A stretch of DNA of 64,000 nucleotides, from assembly GCA_964545365.1 (NCBI GenBank), contig CAZJFM010000001.1:30948-94947 (forward strand). The letters run 5' to 3'. Positions 46,745 through 56,244 of this stretch are shown here, one piece after another. This DNA comes from an uncultured Candidatus Competibacteraceae bacterium (GTDB taxonomy: Bacteria > Bacteroidota > Bacteroidia > CAIKAF01). Under the pieces are notes generated by a model, which was not told where the DNA came from, did no database searches, and saw nothing but the letters and a program-made list of their open reading frames with translations. The position numbers and the translations under genes were made by a program. The number at the start of each line of letters is the position of its first letter. Position 1 is the stretch's first letter.

Positions 46745-48811
46745 ATGCAACTTAGTCTGGCATATCCTTGGTGGTTCGTTCCTGCTTGCCTTGCCCTTGG
46801 CTTGGCCTATGCCTGGCTGACCTATGGCTTTTCTTCGCCTTTCTCCAAGCCCAAGCGTTTGGGCCTTGGCTTACTCAGGACTTTGGCAGTTTCCTTACTC
46901 GCTTTTTTACTTCTGGAACCCGTTTTGAGGCGTCAGTTGGAGGTAGACGATAAACCACAATTTGTTGTTCTAAGTGATGTTTCTGCCTCTATGGGGGCTC
47001 ATCCTCAGGGAGATGCATATCGCGCCTGGCTTAACGACTCTCTTAGCCCTTGGTTAAACTCCATGGAAGAGACCTATCAAACCCATTGGCTTAGCTTTGA
47101 CAGAGAAGTGCTGCCGGGAAAAAGTCCCGCCTCGCTCCAAGGCAATCAAACCAACCTTTCGGCTGCATTAGAAGCGGTTTCTCTGCGTTTTGCCAACCAA
47201 TCTGTAGCGGCGGTGCTGCTCCTGTCGGATGGTATTGTGAATCAGGGAATGGACCCCGCATTTAAAGCAATTGATTTTCCATTTCCTTTGTATACCATGC
47301 CTTTAGGAGATACTACACGCTTTGCAGATGCACGTGTAGTAGACATTAGGCACAACGAAATCGCATACCTTGGCAATACTTTTCCCGTGGAGGTGTTCCT
47401 GGAAGCCGATCGGCTTGCCGGAGAAACCCTCCAAATACGTTTGCTTAAGGCTGGAGCACTGGTGGAGGAAAGTTCATGGAAGGTGAATGGCACACGCGAT
47501 GCCTTTCGTCTGGAATATACACCCGAAGCCAAAAATGTAGGCTTGCAAAGGTATTCGGTGGAAGTGAGCCTTAGCGATTCGGATAAGCTTCCGGCCAACA
47601 ATACCGAAGATTTTGTGGTGGAGGTTATCGATAGCCGACAAAAAGTGCTTATCGTGGGCGCAGCACCACATCCTGATTTGGGTGCCTTGGCACAGGCATT
47701 GGGGCAAAGTGCAGACCTTGAGGTAGAAACAAGCATGTTTGATGAGGTAGATCCCACAGGACTGAAAAAGTTTAGTTTGGTGATACTACACAACTTGCCT
47801 AAGATAAATCCGGGTTGGTTGAGTAAGCTCAAAGCATTGGGTATCCCCGCTTGGTTTATTCTAGGCAGCCAAACACAATTGGAGGCATTTAATTCCTTGG
47901 AAACCCTGCTTCGCATTACCGGAAGCAATGCCGAACCGGACTTGGTTACCGGCCTTATGACTCCAAATTTCCGAAGTTTTCAGCCGGAAGCGGATTGGGA
48001 GCCTACCGACTGGCCTCCCTTGTTGAGTCCCTACGGAAACTATCAGGCGCTCCCTCCCACCGAAGTGTTTATGCAACGAAAAGTTGGGCGAGTCAACACC
48101 GGTCAACTGCTTTGGGGCTTTGCCTCCCTAAATGATTGGAAGCATGCTGTGTTGGCGGGTGAAGGTTTGTGGCGTTGGCGCTTGCATTATTACAAAAATC
48201 ACAACAGCTTTTCCGGCTTCGACGCAACACTCCGCAAGGCAGTCCAGTGGCTGGCCTTGCGTGAGGACAAAAGCCGTTTTCGTGTACGCACCAAAGCTAA
48301 GTTTGCCTCAGACCAAAATGTCCGTTTCTTTGCAGAGGTATATGACGAGGCATTGGAGCCTTTGCCCAACCAACAACTGGCCTTGGAGTTAACCCATGAG
48401 TCAGGTGCCAATTACAGTTTTTATTTTAATGCCTCAGCACAAGGGTACAGCTTAGATGCAGGATTGCTTCCTCAAGGGATTTACCAGTGGAAGGCCATCT
48501 GGGAAGGCCAAGCCGAGGTCAAGCCTAGGACGGGTAGCATTCAGGTAATCTCTTCCAAACAAGAAATCTCCGACCTCCGTACACGTCTTCAGGTGCTCCA
48601 AACGCTTAGCCAATCCACCGGAGGAAAAATGTTGGCCTTTGGCGATACAAAAGGCTTGGAACAACTGCTGTCAGAAACCCCTACATCTGCTACGGTAATA
48701 CGAAAAGAACTGCAATTGGACCCCTTGCTTGATGCCTTGTGGTGGCTTTTGCTTATTGCTGGTTTGTTGCTTGCCGAATGGGTGCTGCGTAAGTATTTCG
48801 GTCGTATTTAG
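46745..48811 (+). CDS. vWA-domain protein with an N-terminal double-transmembrane anchor (BatA/BatB-like, TIGR02226-type)
   Basis: Two N-terminal TM helices are followed by the MIDAS motif (FVVLSDVSASM). A terminal TM helix is also present. Confidence 0.5.
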   Translation: MQLSLAYPWWFVPACLALGLAYAWLTYGFSSPFSKPKRLGLGLLRTLAVSLLAFLLLEPVLRRQLEVDDKPQFVVLSDVSASMGAHPQGDAYRAWLNDSLSPWLNSMEETYQTHWLSFDREVLPGKSPASLQGNQTNLSAALEAVSLRFANQSVAAVLLLSDGIVNQGMDPAFKAIDFPFPLYTMPLGDTTRFADARVVDIRHNEIAYLGNTFPVEVFLEADRLAGETLQIRLLKAGALVEESSWKVNGTRDAFRLEYTPEAKNVGLQRYSVEVSLSDSDKLPANNTEDFVVEVIDSRQKVLIVGAAPHPDLGALAQALGQSADLEVETSMFDEVDPTGLKKFSLVILHNLPKINPGWLSKLKALGIPAWFILGSQTQLEAFNSLETLLRITGSNAEPDLVTGLMTPNFRSFQPEADWEPTDWPPLLSPYGNYQALPPTEVFMQRKVGRVNTGQLLWGFASLNDWKHAVLAGEGLWRWRLHYYKNHNSFSGFDATLRKAVQWLALREDKSRFRVRTKAKFASDQNVRFFAEVYDEALEPLPNQQLALELTHESGANYSFYFNASAQGYSLDAGLLPQGIYQWKAIWEGQAEVKPRTGSIQVISSKQEISDLRTRLQVLQTLSQSTGGKMLAFGDTKGLEQLLSETPTSATVIRKELQLDPLLDALWWLLLIAGLLLAEWVLRKYFGRI

Positions 48812-48883
48812 TCCGCCGCCTAAGCGGAATGATTCTTTTTCCAATTCCAACTGGGCCAATTCCTTTTAAGCTAGCGTATTCAT

Positions 48884-48891
48884 TACCTTTG
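48884..48891 (+). promoter_or_regulatory. Bacteroidetes -7 box (TAnnTTTG) upstream of gltX
   Basis: TACCTTTG lies about 19 bp upstream of the ATG at 48910. Confidence 0.3.
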
Positions 48892-48909
48892 CCCAAATTT
48901 TGACCAATT

Positions 48910-50433
48910 ATGTCTTCCGATATTCGCGTTCGATTTGCCCCAAGCCCTACAGGTCCACTCCATATTGGCGGTGTCCGTACTGCTTTGTACAATTATTTGT
49001 TTGCAAAAAAGCATGGGGGAACCTTTGTCTTGCGCATAGAGGATACCGACCAAACCCGCTACGTGCCGGGGGCCGAAGCCTACATTATGGAAGCTTTACG
49101 TTGGATTGGTATGGAATGGGACGAAGGACCAGAAAAAGGAGGACCTTACGGCCCATATAGGCAGTCGGAACGCAGAGAAATTTATGCTCAATTTGCCCAG
49201 AAAATGATTGACGAAGGTACCGCTTACTATGCCTTCGATTCTGCTGAGGATTTGGAAGACATGCGAAACCGCATGAAAAAAGGAGGAAATCCCACCTGGC
49301 AATACAATCATATTACCCGGGTACACATGAAAAACTCCTTTACCCTGCCCGCCGATGAGGTGCAGCGAAGGTTGGACGCAGGTGACCCTTACGTAATCCG
49401 ACTTAATGTCCCACGAAACCAAGAAATTAGGGTAGAAGACATCGTGCGCGGGGTGGTCGTTGTAAAATCGGACCATGTAGACGATAAGGTGCTGTTTAAA
49501 AGCGACGGAATGCCTACCTATCACCTGGCAAATGTAGTAGACGACTACTCCATGAAAATTACACACGTTATACGCGGTGAAGAGTGGTTGCCTTCGGCTC
49601 CTTTGCATGTGTTACTCTACAAAGCTTTAGGTTGGGAAAAGGCCATGCCCCGTTTTGCGCATTTGCCGCTGATTCTCAAACCTGAAGGCAACGGAAAACT
49701 TTCCAAACGCGACGGCGATCGCCTCGGCTTTCCGGTTTTCCCTATTGAATGGAAAGGCCAAGACGGCGAAACCGCTTCCGGTTACCGCGAAAATGGCTGG
49801 TTCCCCCAAGCAGTGGTTAACCTCATGGCGCTTTTAGGCTGGCATCCTTCCGACAATACCGAGGTGTTTTCTATGGAGGAGCTTATCCAAGCCTTTGCTT
49901 TGGAGCGCGTTTCTAAAGCCGGAGCCAAGTTTGATTTAGAAAAGGCCCGCTGGTTTAACCAGTATTATCTGCGCCAGACATCCCCAGCAATTTTGGCTGA
50001 TATGCTTGCCAACGAAGTAGATACCTCTAAAGGTCGAAGCTACCTCGAAAAGGCCATAGCCCTAGTTCAAGATCGACCCACTTTTGTTCCTGAGCTTAAA
50101 GAGGACCTTAGCTACCTGCTCTCTGCTCCCCAAAGCCTAGATGAGCAAATGCTTGCCAAAAAGTGGAAAAGCGACAGCCACGAAAAGGTGGATGCTATTA
50201 TTCAGCTCCTTAACGAAACCGATTGGCAAAGCCCGGATGCTCTCAAGCAAGCCACCAAGGACTTCCTTGAGGCCAAAGGCTGGGGCTTCGGATCAGTTAT
50301 GCCGCTCGTGCGCATACTCCTCACCGGCAGCATGGCCGGCCCCGACCTGTTTGATATGATGGACCTTTTTGGCAAACAAGAAACCTTAAATCGACTGGAA
50401 CAAGGTCTTGGAATGGTAAAATCAAAAGAATGA
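48910..50433 (+). CDS. gltX: Glutamate--tRNA ligase
   Basis: RFAPSPTGPLHIGGVRTALYNY (HIGH) and KLSKR (KMSKS) motifs. Confidence 0.95.
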   Translation: MSSDIRVRFAPSPTGPLHIGGVRTALYNYLFAKKHGGTFVLRIEDTDQTRYVPGAEAYIMEALRWIGMEWDEGPEKGGPYGPYRQSERREIYAQFAQKMIDEGTAYYAFDSAEDLEDMRNRMKKGGNPTWQYNHITRVHMKNSFTLPADEVQRRLDAGDPYVIRLNVPRNQEIRVEDIVRGVVVVKSDHVDDKVLFKSDGMPTYHLANVVDDYSMKITHVIRGEEWLPSAPLHVLLYKALGWEKAMPRFAHLPLILKPEGNGKLSKRDGDRLGFPVFPIEWKGQDGETASGYRENGWFPQAVVNLMALLGWHPSDNTEVFSMEELIQAFALERVSKAGAKFDLEKARWFNQYYLRQTSPAILADMLANEVDTSKGRSYLEKAIALVQDRPTFVPELKEDLSYLLSAPQSLDEQMLAKKWKSDSHEKVDAIIQLLNETDWQSPDALKQATKDFLEAKGWGFGSVMPLVRILLTGSMAGPDLFDMMDLFGKQETLNRLEQGLGMVKSKE

Positions 50434-50786
50434 ACTGCTCCATTGAGCTGAATGGAATGCGGTTTTACGCCTACCACGGGGTATATGACTCTGAACAACA
50501 CATTGGGCAGTGGTTTTTGGTCGATTTGCGCTTGGTCTGGTCCGCTAGCTCCGATGACTTAGCCTCCGATCGGCTTGACAAAACCCTCAATTATGAAATT
50601 GCTCGTGAAATTATTGCCCGGCAAATGGAGCAAAAATCTCGATTGCTGGAGCATGTGGCATGGCGAATTCAGCAGGCTTTGAGCCAATCCTTTCCAAAAA
50701 TCACCTCAGGTCATATCCGCATTTCAAAACAACATCCACCTTTTGATAGTTACTTAAGTGACGTGACTGTTCAGCTAGATTTTTAA
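50430..50786 (+). CDS. folB: Dihydroneopterin aldolase
   Basis: GMRFYAYHGVYDSEQHIGQWFLVDL signature. 118 aa. It overlaps the gltX stop. Confidence 0.85.
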   Translation: MNCSIELNGMRFYAYHGVYDSEQHIGQWFLVDLRLVWSASSDDLASDRLDKTLNYEIAREIIARQMEQKSRLLEHVAWRIQQALSQSFPKITSGHIRISKQHPPFDSYLSDVTVQLDF

Positions 50787-50790
50787 ATGC

Positions 50791-50982
50791 GTGGAGTTTA
50801 AACCAATACATGGAGCAAAAATTTGTGCCAGATGCAAGCAACGGTTTGTTTGCGACGAGTCGGTTGGCTGCTGGTGCGAAACCGTGCAGGTGCCCCGAGA
50901 GGCCCTCTCCATTTTACGTAAAAAGTACGTAGACTGTCTTTGTAAATCTTGCTTGGAATCCTTTAACCTTCGATCCAATTGA
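50791..50982 (+). CDS. Cysteine-rich CWC-family small protein
   Basis: 63 aa with a CxxC...CDESVGCWCE...CLCKSC pattern. Confidence 0.5.
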   Translation: MEFKPIHGAKICARCKQRFVCDESVGCWCETVQVPREALSILRKKYVDCLCKSCLESFNLRSN

Positions 50983-50989
50983 TTTTTTG

Positions 50990-51174
50990 GGCGGCTAATC
51001 CGTCTCCGGCTCCAAATCCTCGGTTGCCTGCCTGCTTTGGCTAAGCGGTGCGCGGGCTCGCTACCACTCCGCCTCCGCCCGCCAAGCCAAAGCGGCAGCC
51101 ATCCTCCGGGTTTTTCACCTCCGCCGGGCCGCTTATGCTTCAAAGTAAACCACACAAAACACAAATGCCGGGTA
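50990..51174. other. GC-rich intergenic element with multiple short inverted repeats
   Basis: No coding frame. GC is above 65% (GCCTGCCTGCTTTGGCTAAGCGG, CCTCCGCCCGCCAAGCCAAAGCGGCAGCC, CCTCCGGGTTTTTCACCTCCGCCGGG). It lies between convergent genes. Confidence 0.25.
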
Positions 51175-52389
51175 TTAGCCGCTGGTTTTTTTCCTTTCCG
51201 CTTCCACAACCCTATCTATAGCCTCTAAAATCAAGCCGCATATCTTTTTTATTTCTTTTTCGGTCATGATTAAAGGAGGGGCAATGCGCAAACTTTTCGC
51301 ATTAAATAAAAACCAGTCGCTTACCACACCAAGCTTTAAGCATTGTTCAATGACTTTAAAATTGAATGCTTCACTCTCAAACTCAACGGATAAAAGCAAA
51401 CCCTTGCCAAAAACTCCTTGAATTTTTGAATGGTTTAGGTACTTCCTAAAAGCAGCTTCCTTTTCTACGGCTTGTTCTCCCAGGCCCTCCTTGGCAATAT
51501 ATTTTAAACCGGCTAAACCGGCTGCACAGCTTAAAGGGTGACCGCCAAAGGTGGTTAAATGCCCCAAAATAGGAGCGTGGCTAAAATGCCGCATCAATTG
51601 GGGCGAAGAAATTAACGCACCTATAGGCATTCCTCCTCCCAAAGCTTTAGCGCTGAGTACCATGTCCGGAACAAAACCCAAAGTGCTTGTCGAAAACATA
51701 GGACCGGTGCGGCCTAACCCTGTTTGGATTTCATCCAAAACCAACAGAGTGCCCGTTTCTCGGCAGCGCGCGCAAAGGGCGTTTAAAAAGGCTTGCGAAA
51801 CGGTGCGGGTGCCTGCTTCAGCTCTTACTGTTTCAAAAAATACGGCAGCCGTTGACTGGTCTATTTGCTGCAAACTTTCTTTTTGTTCGTAATGTAAGGT
51901 AGTAATCCCCGGAAGCAAAGGTCGGTAGGCTCCTCTAAAGTATTCGCTTCCCATAAGGCTAAGGGCACCTTGAGACGACCCATGGTAGGCCTCATGAAAG
52001 GCTGCAATTTTGGGTCTCCCCGTGGCTCTTTTGGCCAATTTCATAGCCGCTTCCGTAGCCTCAGTTCCGGAGTTAACAAAATAAACACAGTCTAAGGGGG
52101 ATGGTAAAAACTCAGAAAGTTTTTTTGCAAACAATACTTGAGGGCCTTGCACCATTTCCCCGTAAACCATAACATGCGAGAATTTTCGCAGTTGCTTTTT
52201 AATGGCTTTATGTATTGCCGGATGCCCATGTCCTAAGCTACACACCGAAATGCCACCTATTAAGTCGTAAAGCCAGCGGCCCTGCACATCTTTCAACCGC
52301 ACTCCCCGTGCAGCTACCACTTCAAGTCCCATGGGTGCAGGACTAGTTTGTGCCAAATGCCTTAAGAAATCTCCGCGATGTGAATACAT
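51175..52389 (-). CDS. Class-III (acetylornithine/GABA-type) PLP-dependent aminotransferase
   Basis: Fold-type I class-III pattern (VNSGTEATEAAMKLA, LLVLDEIQTGLGRTG, PDMVLSAKALGGG). Confidence 0.8.
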   Translation of the reverse strand: MYSHRGDFLRHLAQTSPAPMGLEVVAARGVRLKDVQGRWLYDLIGGISVCSLGHGHPAIHKAIKKQLRKFSHVMVYGEMVQGPQVLFAKKLSEFLPSPLDCVYFVNSGTEATEAAMKLAKRATGRPKIAAFHEAYHGSSQGALSLMGSEYFRGAYRPLLPGITTLHYEQKESLQQIDQSTAAVFFETVRAEAGTRTVSQAFLNALCARCRETGTLLVLDEIQTGLGRTGPMFSTSTLGFVPDMVLSAKALGGGMPIGALISSPQLMRHFSHAPILGHLTTFGGHPLSCAAGLAGLKYIAKEGLGEQAVEKEAAFRKYLNHSKIQGVFGKGLLLSVEFESEAFNFKVIEQCLKLGVVSDWFLFNAKSLRIAPPLIMTEKEIKKICGLILEAIDRVVEAERKKTSG

Positions 52390-52464
52390 AATGCAAAGGT
52401 GCGCATTCTAACAAATCTCCAACAACTAAACAATTTTGGTATTGCTAGGTTCTTGTCTTTGTGT

Positions 52465-53142
52465 ATGGAAAATTCTAATCAACAGTCAGATGTCTTTTTC
52501 CTACCGGTTTTTCCTCTTCATGTGGTGGTGTTCCCGGGAGAGGTATTTAATCTCCACATATTTGAGCCGCGCTACAAGCAGCTTGTGCATCATGTGAAGG
52601 AAAATAATGGTTTGTTTGGAGTGCTTCCTGTGTTGAACAAACGTCCCACGGACTTTTTGACCGTGGTGGAATTAAAATCCATATACCGCACCTATCCTGA
52701 TGGAGCTATGGATATTCGCACTCACGGAAGGCAAGTGGTGCGCTTGCTTAATTTTGATCAAAAAAACGAACGCTTTGCATATCCTTCAGGTGTGGTTACC
52801 GCAAAGCATCATTTGCAACCGGGCTTAGCACACTCTGCCGCTGTACCTTCAGTGTGGCAACGTTTTCGAGAAGCGCTATTTGAGCTGAGCCATCACCTGG
52901 GAGTAACAAGAAACTTTATACCTTCGGAAAACCATTTTGCGGTTTTTAAGGTGGTTCACTATTTGGGCTTTTCGCCGGAACAAGAGTATGAATTGCTTTT
53001 TTGCAGCAATGAAACAGAGCGTATGCTTTGGGTTATTAACATGTTGCAAAAGATGCTCCCCGATGTCAAGCACAAAGAAGAAATGCGCCACCGAATTTCC
53101 CTAAATGGTCATTTTAAAGAGTTAAAATCACCGGAATTTTAA
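52465..53142 (+). CDS. Stand-alone LON substrate-binding (Lon N-terminal) domain protein
   Basis: FLPVFPLHVVVFPGEVFNLHIFEPRYKQLV is the canonical Lon N-domain start. No ATPase or protease domain follows. Confidence 0.6.
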   Translation: MENSNQQSDVFFLPVFPLHVVVFPGEVFNLHIFEPRYKQLVHHVKENNGLFGVLPVLNKRPTDFLTVVELKSIYRTYPDGAMDIRTHGRQVVRLLNFDQKNERFAYPSGVVTAKHHLQPGLAHSAAVPSVWQRFREALFELSHHLGVTRNFIPSENHFAVFKVVHYLGFSPEQEYELLFCSNETERMLWVINMLQKMLPDVKHKEEMRHRISLNGHFKELKSPEF

Positions 53143-53150
53143 TTAAGCAC

Positions 53151-55004
53151 ATGACTTCTTTGGTTTCATTTTCTACCCTTAGTCTTTTAGGTCTTTTGGG
53201 AGCCTCATCTATCCATGCCCTGGATACCTTGGCTGTAGATTTGCATATGAATCAAACGCCCGACGACCGTGTTCGGGTGGTTTGGCACCTACCCAATTCC
53301 ATGCAAGGCCAGCAAAGATTTAGAATGCCTGCCGTGGTTCCCGGAACTTACAGCGTGTATAATTTTGGCCGCTTTGTTAAAGACCTTCGTGCGTATCGAG
53401 GAGCCAAACCCGAGACCCCGGAACAGGAAGATCAAAATACTTGGCTATTAAAAGATTCAGAAAGCATCGATTCATTGGTATACTGGGTAGACGATACTTT
53501 TGACGATACCAATTACCAAAACTGGGTTTTTGAGCCTGCAGGTACCAATTTCGAAGAAGGGAAAAATTTCTTGCTGAATTTCCATGGGCTTGTCGGCTAT
53601 GTTGAAGGGTTTCAACACCAAATGCCCTACGTGGTGAACTGTTGGGTGCCGACAGACTTTAGGGTGGCTACCGGTCTAGAAATTATAGACAATTCTCCCG
53701 GCAGGGTGCGGCTTACCGCCCAAAACTACCATCAACTGGTGGATGGACCCGCTATGTTTTGCAAACCCGATATGGTAACCAAAAGTTTGGGAAGCGCAGA
53801 AGTTACGGTAGCCGTTTACAATCCATCCGGAAGAATAAGTGCCGAGAAAATTATGGGCGTGGTTTCTCCTGTTATGGAAGCTATATATAGCTATTTGGGT
53901 GACAGCCTTCCCGTTGATAAGTATGCCTTTATCTTTTATCTGGTGGATCAAATGAGGTCTCCCGGTGCCGGTGCTTTAGAGCATGGAAACTCCTCGGTAT
54001 ATTACTTGCCGGTGCTCACAGAATCCATGCTTCTAAACATGGTGCGAGACGTGGCGGCCCATGAGTTTTTTCATATCGTTACGCCCCTGAACCTGCATTC
54101 CGAAGACATTCATTATTTCGATTACCACGCTCCTACCATGAGTAAGCATTTGTGGCTTTACGAAGGGGGGACGGAGTACTCCAGTGGATTGGTTCAAGTG
54201 AGGCATGGTCTTATGGACGGTAATGCATTTTTGGATTGGCTTAGGGAAAAGGTTGTTGGAGCAACTGCCCATTCCGATAATCTTCCATTTACAGAACTTT
54301 CTGAGGGCTGTTTGGACGAGCACAAAGAGGAGTACGGAAACGTGTATCAAAAAGGAGCCTTAATTAATGCCTGTTTGGATTTGGTGCTTAGGCACAAGGG
54401 AGGCAATGTACAGTTTGGATATCCTGACCTTATTGAACAGCTGTCCGAAATGTATGGACCAAGCCGTCCCTTCCCTGACGATTCCTTGTTCATCTTGATT
54501 CGATCCCTAGGCCACGAACATGCTGCAGACTTTTTAGAAAGGCATGTGGCCGGCCCAGCGCCTTTGCCCTTAAAAGAAATTTTTGACTGGGTTGGCGTAG
54601 ATTTTAGAAACCGAGATACATTCATGGTGCGCGACTTAGGTTTTGATATAAAGCGGCTCCTGTACGATGGCTCTGCGCAGGCCTATTATGTAAGCAGCAG
54701 CAGCGATGTTACCGAATTAGGGAAAAAGCTTGGGATAAAAGAGGGGACCTATATTCTCGAAGTTGGAGGTATTTCCCTGAAAAACAAAGAGGATTTGGCG
54801 AAGCTGAAAAAGGGGCGCCTCGCTTTTGCCTTAGACAAGCCTTTGGATATTCGCCTGGGCAAGCAAAAAAAATCCGGTATGAAATCCAAGCAAAAAACCT
54901 TGAAGCCCGGAGCGGTAGCTTGGGTGTCAGGTATTGAATTTGTGCGCCGGAGCAACCCAACCCAAGCTCAGGAAACCCTTTGGAAAGCATGGCTAAACCT
55001 TTAA
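53151..55004 (+). CDS. Secreted M61-like (glycyl aminopeptidase family) metallopeptidase with a C-terminal PDZ-like region
   Basis: Signal peptide and an HEFFH zinc motif followed by a downstream Glu. Roughly 600 aa with a C-terminal beta-rich tail. Confidence 0.5.
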   Translation: MTSLVSFSTLSLLGLLGASSIHALDTLAVDLHMNQTPDDRVRVVWHLPNSMQGQQRFRMPAVVPGTYSVYNFGRFVKDLRAYRGAKPETPEQEDQNTWLLKDSESIDSLVYWVDDTFDDTNYQNWVFEPAGTNFEEGKNFLLNFHGLVGYVEGFQHQMPYVVNCWVPTDFRVATGLEIIDNSPGRVRLTAQNYHQLVDGPAMFCKPDMVTKSLGSAEVTVAVYNPSGRISAEKIMGVVSPVMEAIYSYLGDSLPVDKYAFIFYLVDQMRSPGAGALEHGNSSVYYLPVLTESMLLNMVRDVAAHEFFHIVTPLNLHSEDIHYFDYHAPTMSKHLWLYEGGTEYSSGLVQVRHGLMDGNAFLDWLREKVVGATAHSDNLPFTELSEGCLDEHKEEYGNVYQKGALINACLDLVLRHKGGNVQFGYPDLIEQLSEMYGPSRPFPDDSLFILIRSLGHEHAADFLERHVAGPAPLPLKEIFDWVGVDFRNRDTFMVRDLGFDIKRLLYDGSAQAYYVSSSSDVTELGKKLGIKEGTYILEVGGISLKNKEDLAKLKKGRLAFALDKPLDIRLGKQKKSGMKSKQKTLKPGAVAWVSGIEFVRRSNPTQAQETLWKAWLNL

Positions 55005-55420
55005 AAACCCTACGCTTTTTAGGCGAAAAAGTAGCGGAGTTTCACACCGCTTTCCTCATTGGCAATAAGCGCAATCCCGACTTGCTTTCTTTGCAGGAGG
55101 CTACCTTGAGGTATACCCTAATGAGGGAAGAAAACGAGGAATACCTTGAGGCTTGCCGAAAAGAAGACTTAGAAGGGGTTGCAGATGCACTGGGCGATCA
55201 ACTGTACGTTTTGCTGGGAACGGCTCTAAGGCACGGCCTTATGGAGCGTTTGGATACCATTTTTTTGGAAATTCATCGCTCCAATATGTCCAAGCTGGAT
55301 GCTCAGGGTCGACCCATCTTTAGAGAGGATGGGAAAGTTCTGAAAAGCAAAGGGTGGTCTCCTCCTAATTTAGCACCTTTACTCAAAGAGCCGGGAGATG
55401 AGGAGCCTAGCCATGGATGA
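54980..55420 (+). CDS. MazG-like all-alpha nucleotide pyrophosphohydrolase domain protein
   Basis: EExxE/D-type helical motifs (MREENEEYLEA...DALGDQLY). Low certainty. Confidence 0.4.
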   Translation: MESMAKPLKTLRFLGEKVAEFHTAFLIGNKRNPDLLSLQEATLRYTLMREENEEYLEACRKEDLEGVADALGDQLYVLLGTALRHGLMERLDTIFLEIHRSNMSKLDAQGRPIFREDGKVLKSKGWSPPNLAPLLKEPGDEEPSHG

Positions 55421-56183
55421 GCCTGCTCTAAAAGACTGGTTAGATGTCAAATTCAAGCAATTTGCCTCTCCCGACTTTATAGCTACCGACCCTATTTCTA
55501 TTCCGCATCAGTTTAAGGCCAAAGAGGACCGCGAAATTGCCGGCTTTTTGACCGCCACGTTGAGCTGGGGCCAACGCCCAACGATTTTAAAAAATGCCCA
55601 ACGGTTGTTGGATTGGATGGATAATGCTCCACACGATTTTATCTTACACCATACACTGGCAGATGTAAAGCCATTTTCCTCCTTTGTTCATAGGACCTTT
55701 AATGGCACCGATTGCTTGTTTTTCCTTAGCTGTTTACGGCAGCTTTACACAAGGTATGGATGCTTGGAACAGGTTTTTTTAAAAGCCCAAGAGAGCGAAG
55801 AAGAGGATTTGGGACCGGTATGGTTTAGGTTTAGAAGGCTGTTTTGCGGTGAGCTGGAGCCGGGGCGCACCGGAAAGCATTTGCCAAACCCTTTAAAGGG
55901 AGCTGCTGCCAAACGTTGGAACATGTGGTTGCGCTGGATGGTTCGTCCGGCGACGGAAGGTGTTGACTTTGGGATTTGGAAAAAAGTGAGCCCAGCCTGC
56001 TTACACCTTCCCTTAGACTTGCACTCGGGCAAAACAGCTCGAACCTTGGGTTTACTGCATCGAAAGCAAGACGATTGGAAGGCCGTTCGAGAGTTAACCT
56101 TGACATTAAGGCGTTTTGATCCTGCTGACCCTTGCAAATATGACTACGCTTTATACGGAGCAGGAGTTTTTGAACGTTTCTAA
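55413..56183 (+). CDS. TIGR02757 (DUF2400) family conserved protein
   Basis: N-terminal DWLDVKFKQFASPDFIATDPISIPHQF pattern, recalled from Bacteroidetes TIGR02757 proteins. Confidence 0.45.
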   Translation: MDEPALKDWLDVKFKQFASPDFIATDPISIPHQFKAKEDREIAGFLTATLSWGQRPTILKNAQRLLDWMDNAPHDFILHHTLADVKPFSSFVHRTFNGTDCLFFLSCLRQLYTRYGCLEQVFLKAQESEEEDLGPVWFRFRRLFCGELEPGRTGKHLPNPLKGAAAKRWNMWLRWMVRPATEGVDFGIWKKVSPACLHLPLDLHSGKTARTLGLLHRKQDDWKAVRELTLTLRRFDPADPCKYDYALYGAGVFERF

Positions 56184-56244
56184 TAGGGGTTGTTAAGTGC
56201 TATTTGTTGAAAATAACCCTTAGCAAGGTGTTGAGGCCATACAA

